From Bryobacterales bacterium (GTDB lineage Bacteria; Acidobacteriota; Terriglobia; Bryobacterales; UBA6623), in assembly GCA_963422375.2 (NCBI GenBank), contig OY729428.2:3360001-3424000 (forward strand): DNA of 64,000 bases, read 5' to 3'. Below are positions 51,598 through 61,656 of the stretch, in pieces (position 1 is the first letter of the stretch; the number at the start of each line of letters is the position of its first letter). A program made the translations under genes and the position numbers. Below the pieces are notes generated by a model that had not been told where the DNA came from, did not search any database, and saw only the letters and a list, made by a program, of their open reading frames with translations.

Positions 51598-52529
51598 GGC
51601 GTTTCCCCGCCCCGTCCGGAGGGCGGGCCGTCGATGCGCTCCTGCAGGTCACCCAGCTCGAGCAGCAGCTCCTGCAGGGCGTCCAAGTATTCCTCGCGAG
51701 GCATGCTGTCCTTGCGGACGGTCAGATCGGCAACGCGCCGCTCCAGCTGCTCCCGCTGGAGCAGGAGCGGTCGCTTCGCCGGGTCGCCGGCCAGCTCGGC
51801 CGCCCCGCCGAGGCGGGCCAGCAGGAACGCCTCGGGCCGATCGCCCTGAATCTGCGGATGCTCCGTGGCCAGGCGCTTGCTGTCGGCGTAGTGCGACTTG
51901 ACCTTGCTCTCGGCGTAGCGGAAGGCCTCGAGCGCCGAGACGGTCTCGTTCTTGTCGGTGTCGGCCGCCGGGTCGCCGAACGACTCGGCCCAGTAGTCGC
52001 CGAACACGGTTGCGTTCCTCTCGCGGCCGTTCTTGGTCGCGGTGACGACGACCCGCCGGGGCGACTTCAGCGTCGCGAGGGCGCCGCCGCTGGAACTCGT
52101 GCAGCTGACCACCAGCTGCCGCCCCGCTGGCACGCCGTCGAGCCATGTCCTGAGCTGACGAGCGCTGACGTCGGCGCCCGGCACGTTGAACTTGTAGTCG
52201 CGGCCGTCATGCGAGCCGTGGCCGACCAGGAACACCGCTAGAGCGTCTCCGGGCGTCACGGCCCGCGCCAAGTCTCCGAAGGCCGCCTCGATACGGGCGG
52301 AGGTCGCCTCCGCGCCGGCAAGCACCCGCACCAGCGAGTCGTCTCCGGCAACGCGACGCAGGGCGGGCAGCATCTCCGTCACCTGCTTGCGGAAGCGCTC
52401 GGCGTATTGCTGCGTCCCGCCGAGGCCTTCCACGATCATGTAGTGCGTCGCCGGGATGGCCGGCGGGGCCGTCGCCGCGGCCCAGGCGAGCAGCGCCGCG
52501 AGCGCGACGCGAGATCCGAGCGAACTCAT
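51594..52529 (-). CDS. Secreted caspase/C13-like (clan CD) fold protein
   Basis: FLVGHGS, then CTSSSGG, VVTATK, ADTDKN..VS..EAF.YA, EHP. Confidence 0.65.
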   Translation of the reverse strand: MSSLGSRVALAALLAWAAATAPPAIPATHYMIVEGLGGTQQYAERFRKQVTEMLPALRRVAGDDSLVRVLAGAEATSARIEAAFGDLARAVTPGDALAVFLVGHGSHDGRDYKFNVPGADVSARQLRTWLDGVPAGRQLVVSCTSSSGGALATLKSPRRVVVTATKNGRERNATVFGDYWAESFGDPAADTDKNETVSALEAFRYAESKVKSHYADSKRLATEHPQIQGDRPEAFLLARLGGAAELAGDPAKRPLLLQREQLERRVADLTVRKDSMPREEYLDALQELLLELGDLQERIDGPPSGRGGETP

Positions 52530-54778
52530 ACGACACCCCGCCGCCTGCGCAGCAGCCATTCCGCTCCGCGCAGCATGACGAGCAGGAAGAACAGGGCGGG
52601 CATGTCCCACAGGTCGAGGATCTCGCGAGCCGTGATGCCGGCCTCCGAGAAGCGGATCTCCTGCGGCAGCCCCTCCAGCTCGTCCAGTTCCCAGTATCGG
52701 CCGCCCGTCTGGCTCGCAAGCCTCGACAGCAGGCCGGCATTGCGCTCCGGGCGGAAGTACTCGGCCACCCCGCCCTCCCGGCGCACGTGCAGCGAGTCGG
52801 CGCCGAGGCGCTCGTCGCCAAGATGCGCCACGGCCTCCATGCGGTACACGCCGAAGCCCGGGGCGTCCACCTCGGCCTCGTACAGGCCCGGCTCGCCGGC
52901 GGACGGGCGCAAATCCAGCGTGACGGGGGGGCCCTCTTCCGGCGTCACCACGGCCGAGACCCGCGCGTTCGCGGCATGGGTGTAGGTCCTGTCGCGCACC
53001 TCCGCGCGCAGCTGCACGCGGGACTCGTCGGCGTAGCTGGAGCGATCGCTGGACAGGCGCACCGTGCCCGCAGTGTTGGCCACCAGGCTGCGCAGCAGCT
53101 GCCGCCAGAAGATATCGTGGCGCTCGTCATCGCTGGGCAGCCCCATCCGCCAGCGCCAGCTCCCGCCGCTGGCGAAGATGGCGGCCCGCCCGCGTCCGTA
53201 GTTGTGGCGCACCAGCAGCGGCAGGCTGTCGCGGCCGCGACGCAGGTTCAGCAGCGTGACCGCCGCGGGCTTGAGGTCCCCCAGCTCCTGGAAATCGGCC
53301 ACTTGGGGCATCTCCTGCCAGAGCTCGGCGTTCCTGGCCGGGTCCGGATCCAGCCGGCAGACCAGCGCGTCGCGCCCTTGGGGCGCGAGCTCGACGCTCG
53401 CCCGCTCGCGCACGAACGAAGTCTCGCCGGGCGCGAGCGCGGCGGGCAGCACGTCCACGATCTCGGAATGCTGCCAGCCGCCCGAGCCGAGGCCGTTGGG
53501 GCCGGCCACCATCATCAGCGACCCGCCCCGGCGGCTGACGAACTCGCGGATCGCGACCTGCTGCTTGGGCGTGAAGAAGGCCGCCTCGAAGCTCCCAACG
53601 ATCAGGGCGTCGTAGGCGAACAGTTCCTCCTCCTCGGACGGGAAGCCGTTCTCGAGCTCGTCCGGCGTGTCCACTCCTTGGCGATAGAACTTGTTGGTGG
53701 AGGTCCGCAGCATCGTCACCAGCTGCACGCTGGCGTCCTTGTGCACGGCCCGTCGCATGAACTTGTACTGCCAGCGCGGCTCGCCCTCGGCGTAGAGGAT
53801 CCGGCGGCGGCGGCGCGGCACGTCCAGCACCCGGCGGCGGGCGTTGTTGCGGTCGAATTCCTCGCCCTCGACTGGCTCGACAGCGAAGACCAGGTCCCGA
53901 ACGCCGGGGTCGCCCGCGCCGAAGTCGATCCACTCGCGGCGCACGGTCTCCCCCGGGCGCAGCGTGACGGGCTTGCTGACGAGGACGCTGGAGCCGTCGC
54001 GCACCGTGATTCGCGTGGCGGTCTCGGACTGGCCGTCGTGCCGCAGAGTCAGCTGCGCGCTGACCCGCGAGCGAGGCAGGGCCTTCGCCGCGACCGTCAC
54101 GTCCGACAGCTCGATGTCCCCGCCGATCCGCTCACGGCCCACGCCGATGGTGTGGACGGGAACGCCGTACTTGCGTATCTCGGCCATCGCGTCCCGTCCG
54201 AACCGCCCGGAATTGTCGGCGCCGTCGCTGGCCACGAGCACCGCGCCGAGCGGCACCGCCGTCGACTCGCGGAGCACGCCGAGCAGGGACTCGCCCAGAG
54301 CGCTGCTGTCTCCCGGAGCGGGGAGGCTCTCGGCCCCGAGCGACGGCAAGCGTTCGGGGCCGTCGGAGAACCCGAACAGGCGCACGCTGAATTTCTCCCC
54401 GAGCGCCGGCAGGACGCGCTCGGCCAGCGCGCTCGCGGCCTGCTCGAGACGGGAGACGCCGCCCTCGCCGAACGACATGCTGCGGGAGGTGTCGACCAGC
54501 ACCGCGACAGCGTTCTGGCGGTTCTTCAGGGACTGGACGGCCAGAGCCGGCTGCCACAGCAGGACCAGGACGAGGGCCGCCGAAAGGGCCTGCAGGGTCC
54601 AGACCGCACACAGGGCGAGCCCCTGCAGGCGGCTGCGGACGCGCCGGGCATGCCAGGCCAGGCCGGCCGCGGCGAGCGCCGAGAGGAGGGCCAGGAGCCA
54701 CGCCGGCCAGCCGGTGGCGAACAGGAACTCGCCCTTCTGATAGGCGGCCAGCGGGTACTTGAACAGGAACTCGAACAC
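52526..54778 (-). CDS. Membrane vWA + glutamine-amidotransferase-like domain protein
   Basis: DTSRSM, SDG, EGEPRW.YKF, V..RGGSL, G.GR, WRW, FW.Q; ends EW.LRRR.G. Confidence 0.85.
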   Translation of the reverse strand: MFEFLFKYPLAAYQKGEFLFATGWPAWLLALLSALAAAGLAWHARRVRSRLQGLALCAVWTLQALSAALVLVLLWQPALAVQSLKNRQNAVAVLVDTSRSMSFGEGGVSRLEQAASALAERVLPALGEKFSVRLFGFSDGPERLPSLGAESLPAPGDSSALGESLLGVLRESTAVPLGAVLVASDGADNSGRFGRDAMAEIRKYGVPVHTIGVGRERIGGDIELSDVTVAAKALPRSRVSAQLTLRHDGQSETATRITVRDGSSVLVSKPVTLRPGETVRREWIDFGAGDPGVRDLVFAVEPVEGEEFDRNNARRRVLDVPRRRRRILYAEGEPRWQYKFMRRAVHKDASVQLVTMLRTSTNKFYRQGVDTPDELENGFPSEEEELFAYDALIVGSFEAAFFTPKQQVAIREFVSRRGGSLMMVAGPNGLGSGGWQHSEIVDVLPAALAPGETSFVRERASVELAPQGRDALVCRLDPDPARNAELWQEMPQVADFQELGDLKPAAVTLLNLRRGRDSLPLLVRHNYGRGRAAIFASGGSWRWRMGLPSDDERHDIFWRQLLRSLVANTAGTVRLSSDRSSYADESRVQLRAEVRDRTYTHAANARVSAVVTPEEGPPVTLDLRPSAGEPGLYEAEVDAPGFGVYRMEAVAHLGDERLGADSLHVRREGGVAEYFRPERNAGLLSRLASQTGGRYWELDELEGLPQEIRFSEAGITAREILDLWDMPALFFLLVMLRGAEWLLRRRRGVV

Positions 54779-54787
54779 CGCGGGCCC

Positions 54788-55603
54788 CTAGTGCGTCATC
54801 GCGTAGATCACGTAGTTGATGGCGAAGCGATAGGCCAGCGCTGTCATGTTTTCCGGGTACTCGGGCCAGTCGGCATGCTCCCAAGCGTCGCCCAGGTCCA
54901 TGTTGAAGTTGATCGCGACCATCAGCCGGCCCTCGTCGTCGTAGATCCCGCGCCAGTGCGGAGTGTAGCCGCCCTTCTCGTGGGTCGTGCCCGACCACAC
55001 GTACTGAATCCCGGGCACCTGCGTGCGCCGGTCCAAGTCGTACAGCGTGTGGAGGATCGGGTCGTCCTCGGGAACTTCGGTGACCGACCGGTCCGGGAAG
55101 ACGCGCTGCAGGCTGGACATGAACGAGGCCCACTCGTAGGGCCCGTGGAAGTCGTCGACCATCAGGAAGCCGCCCCGCAGGAGGTATTCGCGCAGCCGGG
55201 CCGCCTCGTGTTCCTCCAGGTGCCAGCGGCCTACCTCGACGGCGTAGACCCACGGGTAGTCGAAGAGCTTCTCGTCCATCGGGTCGAAGAACCTGCCGCC
55301 GTAGGCTGTGTCGATGACCGTCAGGCGCTGGATGCCGTTGGTCAGGTGGTACTCCGCGTCCGGCCAGTCGGTGCGCCAGCCCCCGCGCCGCCTGCCCCAG
55401 CCCCCGCCGCCTCCTCCGGAACCGTAGGCGTAGCGGACGAACTGGAACTCCGCCCGGGCGTCAGGGTCGAAGTCCCAGGCGCGCGGATCCCCGTCACGGC
55501 GCCCGCCCCAGAACTGCAGCGCGGTCAGAACCGGCACCGCGCCCAGCAGGAGCAGCCCGATCGCCGGACCCGATCTGCGAACCCTCCCCAACGTCATGCG
55601 CAT
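54788..55603 (-). CDS. DUF4159 domain protein
   Basis: W.TDWP.A, LREYL.RGGF.MVDDF, DLGDAWE, N...YAMTH; first gene of the operon. Confidence 0.9.
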   Translation of the reverse strand: MRMTLGRVRRSGPAIGLLLLGAVPVLTALQFWGGRRDGDPRAWDFDPDARAEFQFVRYAYGSGGGGGGWGRRRGGWRTDWPDAEYHLTNGIQRLTVIDTAYGGRFFDPMDEKLFDYPWVYAVEVGRWHLEEHEAARLREYLLRGGFLMVDDFHGPYEWASFMSSLQRVFPDRSVTEVPEDDPILHTLYDLDRRTQVPGIQYVWSGTTHEKGGYTPHWRGIYDDEGRLMVAINFNMDLGDAWEHADWPEYPENMTALAYRFAINYVIYAMTH

Positions 55604-55724
55604 CCCCCGATGCGACCGTGCATGAATGTAGCACACGGGCTCGGCCCCGCTGCCGGGAACGCAAGCCGTCCGTGACCGCGTCCGGCGCGGGCGGTGCTCG
55701 GACGTCGGGCCGGTCTCAAGCCGC

Positions 55725-58007
55725 CTAGAACCGGAACGTGTACTGCAGCTTCGTCGCCAGGCGCGAGTCCTGCTGGCGGAAGTCGTAGAATCCGCCGGGC
55801 TCCTGGATCCAGCCCTGCCCGAAGATGAAAAACACGTCGTTGCCCGGCTCGAGCGTCCAGCGCACGCGGCTCTGCAGCCCGAGGTTCCCGGACCGGTTGT
55901 CGAACTGGATCAGATTGGAGAACGACAGGAAGGGAGACACCGCGTAGTTGACCTGCGTGCTGAAGATCCTCGCGACGAAGTTGCCCTGGGGCAGCTGAGC
56001 GAACGTCTGGTTGGAATTCAGGCGGATCGAGAACTTCGGAGGCAGCTGGTAGCGCAGGCCGGCCTGGACTGTCTTCGCCGTCCCGGACCAGAAGCTCCCG
56101 AACGTGAGGCCGAAGCTCCCTTGCAGCTTCCGCTTCTGGGCCGAGGTGAAGAAGATGCGCATCGGAGTGAAGCGGTACTCGCCCGGCGGCAGGACCACGC
56201 CCGGAGCGATCTCGAACGGCTCGAACAGGCGCTCGTACGTGGGGTTCAGATCGAACAGGCTATGCAGGGAATCGCCGGAAGTCAGATGCCAGTCGACGAG
56301 GGTGAAATACAGCTTCCAAGTCTCGACGAGCCCGTTGTCGAGGCGCGTGAAGCGGGTGTAGAAGACGTCGTGGAACATCTGCTGGATGCCCGAGGACGGA
56401 TTCGGGCGCGGGTTGAAGCTGCCGCCCAGCCGCAGCATCCGCACGTTCGAGCGCTGCACGAAGCCGAGCGCAGGATCGAAGTTCTCCTGAATCTCGCGCC
56501 ACATCGCCTGGCCCTGGAACCTGTCGTTGTTGTAGTGGGCTCCGAAGCCGTAGGACGCGTTCTTGTCGCTGATCCCCTCCCTGTTGGTCTTCAGCCCCCA
56601 TGCGTTGAAGACCACGTTCCGGTTCGTGCCTAGGAAGTTCGACGTGGCCAAGCGCAAGTCCGCGCCGAGAGTGCTGCCGACGACGGTCGGCGCCGGATTG
56701 CCCGGCGCGCCGATCGCCGTCCGTCGCGCGGGATCCCCGCCGGTGAAGATCGCGCCGACGTAGGACTGCTCGAGGAAGTTCTGGCGGACCCGTCCGACCA
56801 GCAGGTTCTTGGGACCGACGCCCGCGCCGTCCCGGGTCCGCACGTTGAGCATGCCGATCTCCGTGCGACCGGCCTTGCCCGTCAGCTTGACGCCGTAGTC
56901 GATCGGCACTTCCTGACCGCGCAGCAGGCCGATGCGGCGGCTGAAGAACGGAAAGATCTCGGCCCCCGTGCTGGGAATCCCGCCCGGCTGGTCGATGCCC
57001 GTGGTAGCGAAGTTGAACACTCCGGCGTCCTGCAGGAAGAAGGACCGCTTCTCCGGAAAGAAGATGGAGAAGCGCGTCAGGTTGATCTGGCGGTCGTCTA
57101 CCTCGGTCTCGCCGAAGTCCGTGTTGAAGGTGGTGGAGAGCCTGAGGCTCGGGGTCAGGTTGTAGAACAGGTCCAAGCCGGGCTTGCCGCGGATGACGTG
57201 GTTGCCACCGGGACCGGAATGAATCCAGCGCTGCGCGACGAACGGGCGGACGTCGAGGCCGACACCCTGCTCGAGACCCTCGAGATTGGTGATCTCCCCG
57301 GCCTCGGACACCTGAAAGAACTGCGTCTGGAACCGCGCGCCGGTCCACCGGACCTCCTCGAGCTTGCGCTGGATGATCCGGCTGATATTGAATCCCCACA
57401 CGGTCTGGCCGGAAGGAAAGCTCAGGCTCTTGAACGGAATCGAGAACTCGGCGCTCCAGCCCTCGTCCGACCGCCTCGTCTTGACGATCCAAATGGCATC
57501 CCAGTCTTCGTTGGTCTCGCCGTTGGCGAAGACCAGTCCGTCGACGAGGGCGCCGTTCGGGTTGGTGGAGAAGTAGAATGCGTTGCTCTGGTCGCGAAAC
57601 GTGTCCAGGATGATGCTCAGCCGGTCGTCCGGCGTGAGGGTCGCGTCGCGCGCCATCTGCGACGCCAGGACGCGGCGCGGCTCGGAGTCGTAGCACATCA
57701 CCCCGATATAGAGGTTCTGCTTGTCGTGCAGCAGCGTCACCTCGGTCCGCTCCGTAGGTTCCGCACCGGCCCGCGGAATGCGCTGCACCAGCTCGCCGAG
57801 CTTCGGCGACCGACGCCACGGCGCCTCGTCGAGCGCTCCGTCGACGACGATTTCCGCCGTGATCTCCGTCACGACCGCCGAGCGCGCCGGGACGGCAGTT
57901 CCGGTCTGCTGCGGAGCGCCGGGGCACCAGACGGGCACGGCGAGCACCAGGCATAGGAAGACGGCCGCGCTCGAGAGGATGGATTGCCGGCCTGCGAAGG
58001 CAGGCAT
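55725..58007 (-). CDS. CBM9-like/DUF5916 outer-membrane protein
   Basis: VDG.LDE..W, GW.AEF.IPF..L, T.NTDF..TE.D, NL.RF..FFPEKR.FF, C-terminal YTFRF. Confidence 0.88.
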   Translation of the reverse strand: MPAFAGRQSILSSAAVFLCLVLAVPVWCPGAPQQTGTAVPARSAVVTEITAEIVVDGALDEAPWRRSPKLGELVQRIPRAGAEPTERTEVTLLHDKQNLYIGVMCYDSEPRRVLASQMARDATLTPDDRLSIILDTFRDQSNAFYFSTNPNGALVDGLVFANGETNEDWDAIWIVKTRRSDEGWSAEFSIPFKSLSFPSGQTVWGFNISRIIQRKLEEVRWTGARFQTQFFQVSEAGEITNLEGLEQGVGLDVRPFVAQRWIHSGPGGNHVIRGKPGLDLFYNLTPSLRLSTTFNTDFGETEVDDRQINLTRFSIFFPEKRSFFLQDAGVFNFATTGIDQPGGIPSTGAEIFPFFSRRIGLLRGQEVPIDYGVKLTGKAGRTEIGMLNVRTRDGAGVGPKNLLVGRVRQNFLEQSYVGAIFTGGDPARRTAIGAPGNPAPTVVGSTLGADLRLATSNFLGTNRNVVFNAWGLKTNREGISDKNASYGFGAHYNNDRFQGQAMWREIQENFDPALGFVQRSNVRMLRLGGSFNPRPNPSSGIQQMFHDVFYTRFTRLDNGLVETWKLYFTLVDWHLTSGDSLHSLFDLNPTYERLFEPFEIAPGVVLPPGEYRFTPMRIFFTSAQKRKLQGSFGLTFGSFWSGTAKTVQAGLRYQLPPKFSIRLNSNQTFAQLPQGNFVARIFSTQVNYAVSPFLSFSNLIQFDNRSGNLGLQSRVRWTLEPGNDVFFIFGQGWIQEPGGFYDFRQQDSRLATKLQYTFRF

Positions 58008-58441
58008 GTGCCGCGCGCCGCCCTCGCCGGGCCGAAACCGCTCGGCGACGATCCGGACCAAAGTCATCCGCGGCCTTGCGATGGGGTGCTGGGCCGGCGA
58101 ACGCGGATCCTCGCGATGACGGCTGCCGCGCGCCCGTACCCCGAACAGGCGTCGCAGAGGCATTCCGCAGGGCGGACTAGCGAGATGCGGACCCCGCCAT
58201 ATTGTCCCATGCTTCGGCCGAGGGCACGTTCTGCGCGCACCCGAGCGGGGCGACGACACTCCGCGACCGGGTTCAGCCGGTCTCTGGACGGCATCGGGGA
58301 ACAGGCGCATGCCAACCGCCATTAGAAGCGGGCCGGACGCAGGGCCCTGCATGCAGGAGCGGCCGTCCGCCGGCTCAAGCGCCGGCGCAGGAAGGCGCAG
58401 CGCCAGTTTCCCGAAGTTTCAGCCGGAAAAGCGCGCGCGCC

Positions 58442-59491
58442 CTACGGCATGACCCTGACGTACTTCTGCAGGACGCGCCGAAACGGTTCGCCGGCGTACA
58501 GGTTGCCTTCGTCGTCGGCGGCGACGAATTCGGCCCCGCTGCCCCTCGTTTCGCGGGGGTCTGCCCAAGGGAACCGTACGAAGTAGCGCACCCAGCCCTT
58601 CTCGGCGTCTCCGATCCGGAGTCCCATCTCCCAGCCGGGATTCTGGACGTCGTCCGATTCCGAATCTGCCACGTAGATGTTGTCGTCTCCGTCGAAGTAG
58701 ATTCCGCTCGGACGGCCGAACTGCGTCCACGTCGCCAGATGCTCCCCCTCCTGATCGAAGATCTGGATCCGGTTGTTCTCCCGGTCGGCCACGAACAGGC
58801 GGCCCCGCGAATCGATCGCGAGGGCGTGCAGCACGTGGAACTCTCCGGGACCGTAGCCGGTCCTGCCCCAGGTCTTGACGAACGTGCCGTCGCTCGAGAA
58901 CTTCACGATGCGGTTGTTTCCGTTCGGGTAGTGGCCGTCGGCGACGAAGATCGAGCCGTCATCCGCGACGACGACGTCCGCGGGCGAGCTGAAATGGCTC
59001 GGGCCGTCGCCGGGAACCCCGGGCGTCCCGAGTGTCATCAGCACCTCCCCGGTCGGGCTGAATTTGATCACGCGATGGCCGCGGTCCCCCTCGGGGACTC
59101 GGGAAGGGTTCGCCGCATCGGTCACCCAAACGTTGCCGTCTGGGTCCACGTCAATACCGTGCGGCCAGATGAACATTCCGCCGCCGAAGCTCTCCACCGT
59201 CCGGCCGGTCTTCAGGTCGAACTTCAGCACCGCGTCCAGCTCCGAGTCGAGACACTCGTAACCGAACTTGTCGGGCCCGGCGTCGCAGCGGATGACCGCC
59301 CAGACGTGCTTGCCGTCCGGGTCGATGACAACGCCGCCGACAGCCCCCGGATTGCGTCCGTCCGGCAGCTTCGCCCAACCCTCAACCATCCGGTAGGGAT
59401 TCGGATAGGGCTGCGCGAATGCCGCCAGGCAAGCGGCGAGCGTGGCGGACGCCAGCGCCAGGGGCAATGGGAATCGATTCGCTCTCAGCAT
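58442..59491 (-). CDS. NHL-repeat, peptidyl-alpha-hydroxyglycine alpha-amidating lyase-like protein
   Basis: WPHG..VD.DGNVWVTD, FVADG, RI.KF, VADRENNRIQIFD. Confidence 0.88.
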   Translation of the reverse strand: MLRANRFPLPLALASATLAACLAAFAQPYPNPYRMVEGWAKLPDGRNPGAVGGVVIDPDGKHVWAVIRCDAGPDKFGYECLDSELDAVLKFDLKTGRTVESFGGGMFIWPHGIDVDPDGNVWVTDAANPSRVPEGDRGHRVIKFSPTGEVLMTLGTPGVPGDGPSHFSSPADVVVADDGSIFVADGHYPNGNNRIVKFSSDGTFVKTWGRTGYGPGEFHVLHALAIDSRGRLFVADRENNRIQIFDQEGEHLATWTQFGRPSGIYFDGDDNIYVADSESDDVQNPGWEMGLRIGDAEKGWVRYFVRFPWADPRETRGSGAEFVAADDEGNLYAGEPFRRVLQKYVRVMP

Positions 59492-60083
59492 GAATACACC
59501 TCGCTCGAACTAGGATCACGCACCCGGGCCGGTCGCCGCGACCCCGCCACGGTGGCGCGCCCGCGCCCGGTTCCAGACGTGGCTAGAAGCATCCGGACCC
59601 GTGCCCGAACCACTTGGCGTCGAGCTCGACTTCCTTGCCGGCGGCTTCCGCGGAACTGCGCCTGTCCGATAACGCCGAGGCGATGCGGGACATCCTATGC
59701 TACCGGCGGTCATCGTACCGCAACCGGAACGCCGACGAGTAGGCCGCCCTCAGGCCGAGAGCGCCGACACCGAGCCGGCGGCTGCGGCCGACGGACAGCG
59801 TCCCGCGACGGGCCGCTCACAGCATCCAACCGGGCCACCGCTGGGCTGCCGGCGGCGAGGGCCTCCCGCGCACCGGGGCTCGGCCACATGCATCGGCGCA
59901 ATCATCGGTCGCGGATGTCCCGCTCCACGAACGCACTCCAACACACGGCCCGCGAAGCCAAGGCTTGCACGCCGGGATGAACGGCGGGGCCTCCCGCAGC
60001 GCTCGGAGAGCGCACTGCCGCGATGCCGCCGCACCGGAGCGGCGCGACGCGGTCGCGCCCGGAGGGCGGGGCCGCAGAGCATC

Positions 60084-61511
60084 CTAGTTCGGCATCGAGA
60101 AACGCAGCTGCTCCCGCTGCTCGGGCTTGCGCAGGGCTTCCAGCGCCCGGATCTCGATCTGGCGGATGCGCTCTCTGGTCAGGCCGTACATCCTCCCGAT
60201 CTCGTGGAGCGTGTGCTCGCGGTCGCAGCCGATCCCGAACCGCAGTTGCAGGACATCCCGCTCGATGCCGGAAAGGTCCCCGAGCACATCGGAGGTCGAC
60301 CGCTCGAGGTTGCCCCTGATCAGGAGGTCCTCGGGAGACAGCGCCTTCGGATCCTCGATCAGATCTTCGAGGACGGAATCGCCGTCCGGCCCGACCCGCG
60401 TGTCCAGCGAAACCGGCGTCATCGAGATCAGGCGCAGCAGCTCGACCCGATCCCGCTCGATCTCGAGGAAGTCGGCCAGCTGCTCGTTCGTCGGAGGGTA
60501 GCCCTTGTCCTTCTCGAGCATGCGCAGTGCCCGGTTGAACTTGTTGAGCTGCTCGTTCATATGCACCGGGATGCGCACCGTGCGCGACTGGTCCGCCAGC
60601 GACCGCATGATCGCCTGGCGGATCCACCACGTGGCGTAGGTCGAGAACTTGAAGCCGAGGCGGTAGTCGAACTTCTCCACCGCCCGCGACAGCCCGATGT
60701 TGCCCTCCTGGATCAGGTCTAGCAGGTGCAGGCCGCGGTTGACGAACTTCTTGGCCACCGACACCACGAGACGCAGGTTGGCCTCGACCAAGGCGTTCTT
60801 TGCCGCTTCCGCTTCGTCCCTAGCGCGCTCGAGCCGCACCAGCTGCCTCCGGGCCTCGGCCTCCTCCAACGGCAGCCACTCCACGCCGACCCGGTCCGGC
60901 GCGGCCAGGCGCTTGGCCTCCCGCGCGAAGCGGGCCGCGTACAACCGCCACACGTCGCCGTCCAAGGGCAGCCGGCGGATCGCGCGAGAGACCGCCACGA
61001 CCTGGCGCTGGTAGGCCCAGCGGCGCGCGGAGCACTCGCGCAGGTTCAGCGGGCCCGCTTCGTCGAGGCGGGCCTTGGCCTCGGCGGCGAGCCCCAGGCC
61101 GGTCTCGATGCGGCCGAGCCTCTGCCGCAGGCCGCGGGTCGCCTGCGCGACCGTAGCGGAGTCCGCGCTGGCAACGCCGGCGATCAGCTGGCGCGCACGC
61201 CGCGGGCTGGCCTTGAGCTGCGCCTTCAGGGCGAGCAGCTCGTGCCACAGCCAAGAGCTTCGCGACAGGATCCCGGCCACGCGGTCCTCCGCCCGCTTCA
61301 GATCCTTCGCCAAGCGCACCTCGCCCTCCTTGTCGAGCAGAGGCACGGTTCCGATCTCGGACAGGTACAGCCTCACGCTGTCCTCGGGAGGCGAGGCCTC
61401 CAGCCTCTCCTCCGCGGCCGGGTCGAATCCCGGCGACCTGGCGGCGCCGCCCGCACGGAGCGTCCCGCGCCGCACCTCGGCGGCCGATCGATCCGTCACT
61501 CGCTGCAACAT
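60084..61511 (-). CDS. Sigma-70 family sigma factor (RpoD-like regions 1.2-4, no acidic region 1.1)
   Basis: [58 protein letters not shown] before ATG 61511. Confidence 0.9.
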   Translation of the reverse strand: MLQRVTDRSAAEVRRGTLRAGGAARSPGFDPAAEERLEASPPEDSVRLYLSEIGTVPLLDKEGEVRLAKDLKRAEDRVAGILSRSSWLWHELLALKAQLKASPRRARQLIAGVASADSATVAQATRGLRQRLGRIETGLGLAAEAKARLDEAGPLNLRECSARRWAYQRQVVAVSRAIRRLPLDGDVWRLYAARFAREAKRLAAPDRVGVEWLPLEEAEARRQLVRLERARDEAEAAKNALVEANLRLVVSVAKKFVNRGLHLLDLIQEGNIGLSRAVEKFDYRLGFKFSTYATWWIRQAIMRSLADQSRTVRIPVHMNEQLNKFNRALRMLEKDKGYPPTNEQLADFLEIERDRVELLRLISMTPVSLDTRVGPDGDSVLEDLIEDPKALSPEDLLIRGNLERSTSDVLGDLSGIERDVLQLRFGIGCDREHTLHEIGRMYGLTRERIRQIEIRALEALRKPEQREQLRFSMPN

Positions 61512-61656
61512 CGCAAGATCCTCCCTTCCCATTAGCCTTGGACGCGCGGGGTGACCGCTTCGTTGCGGGATGCATTACAAAGTTTTACAAACTGGCCCGC
61601 CGGCGACCACGAGAGCCCCGAGGCTGCCGGGAGCACTGCCGTATAATGGGAGTTAG

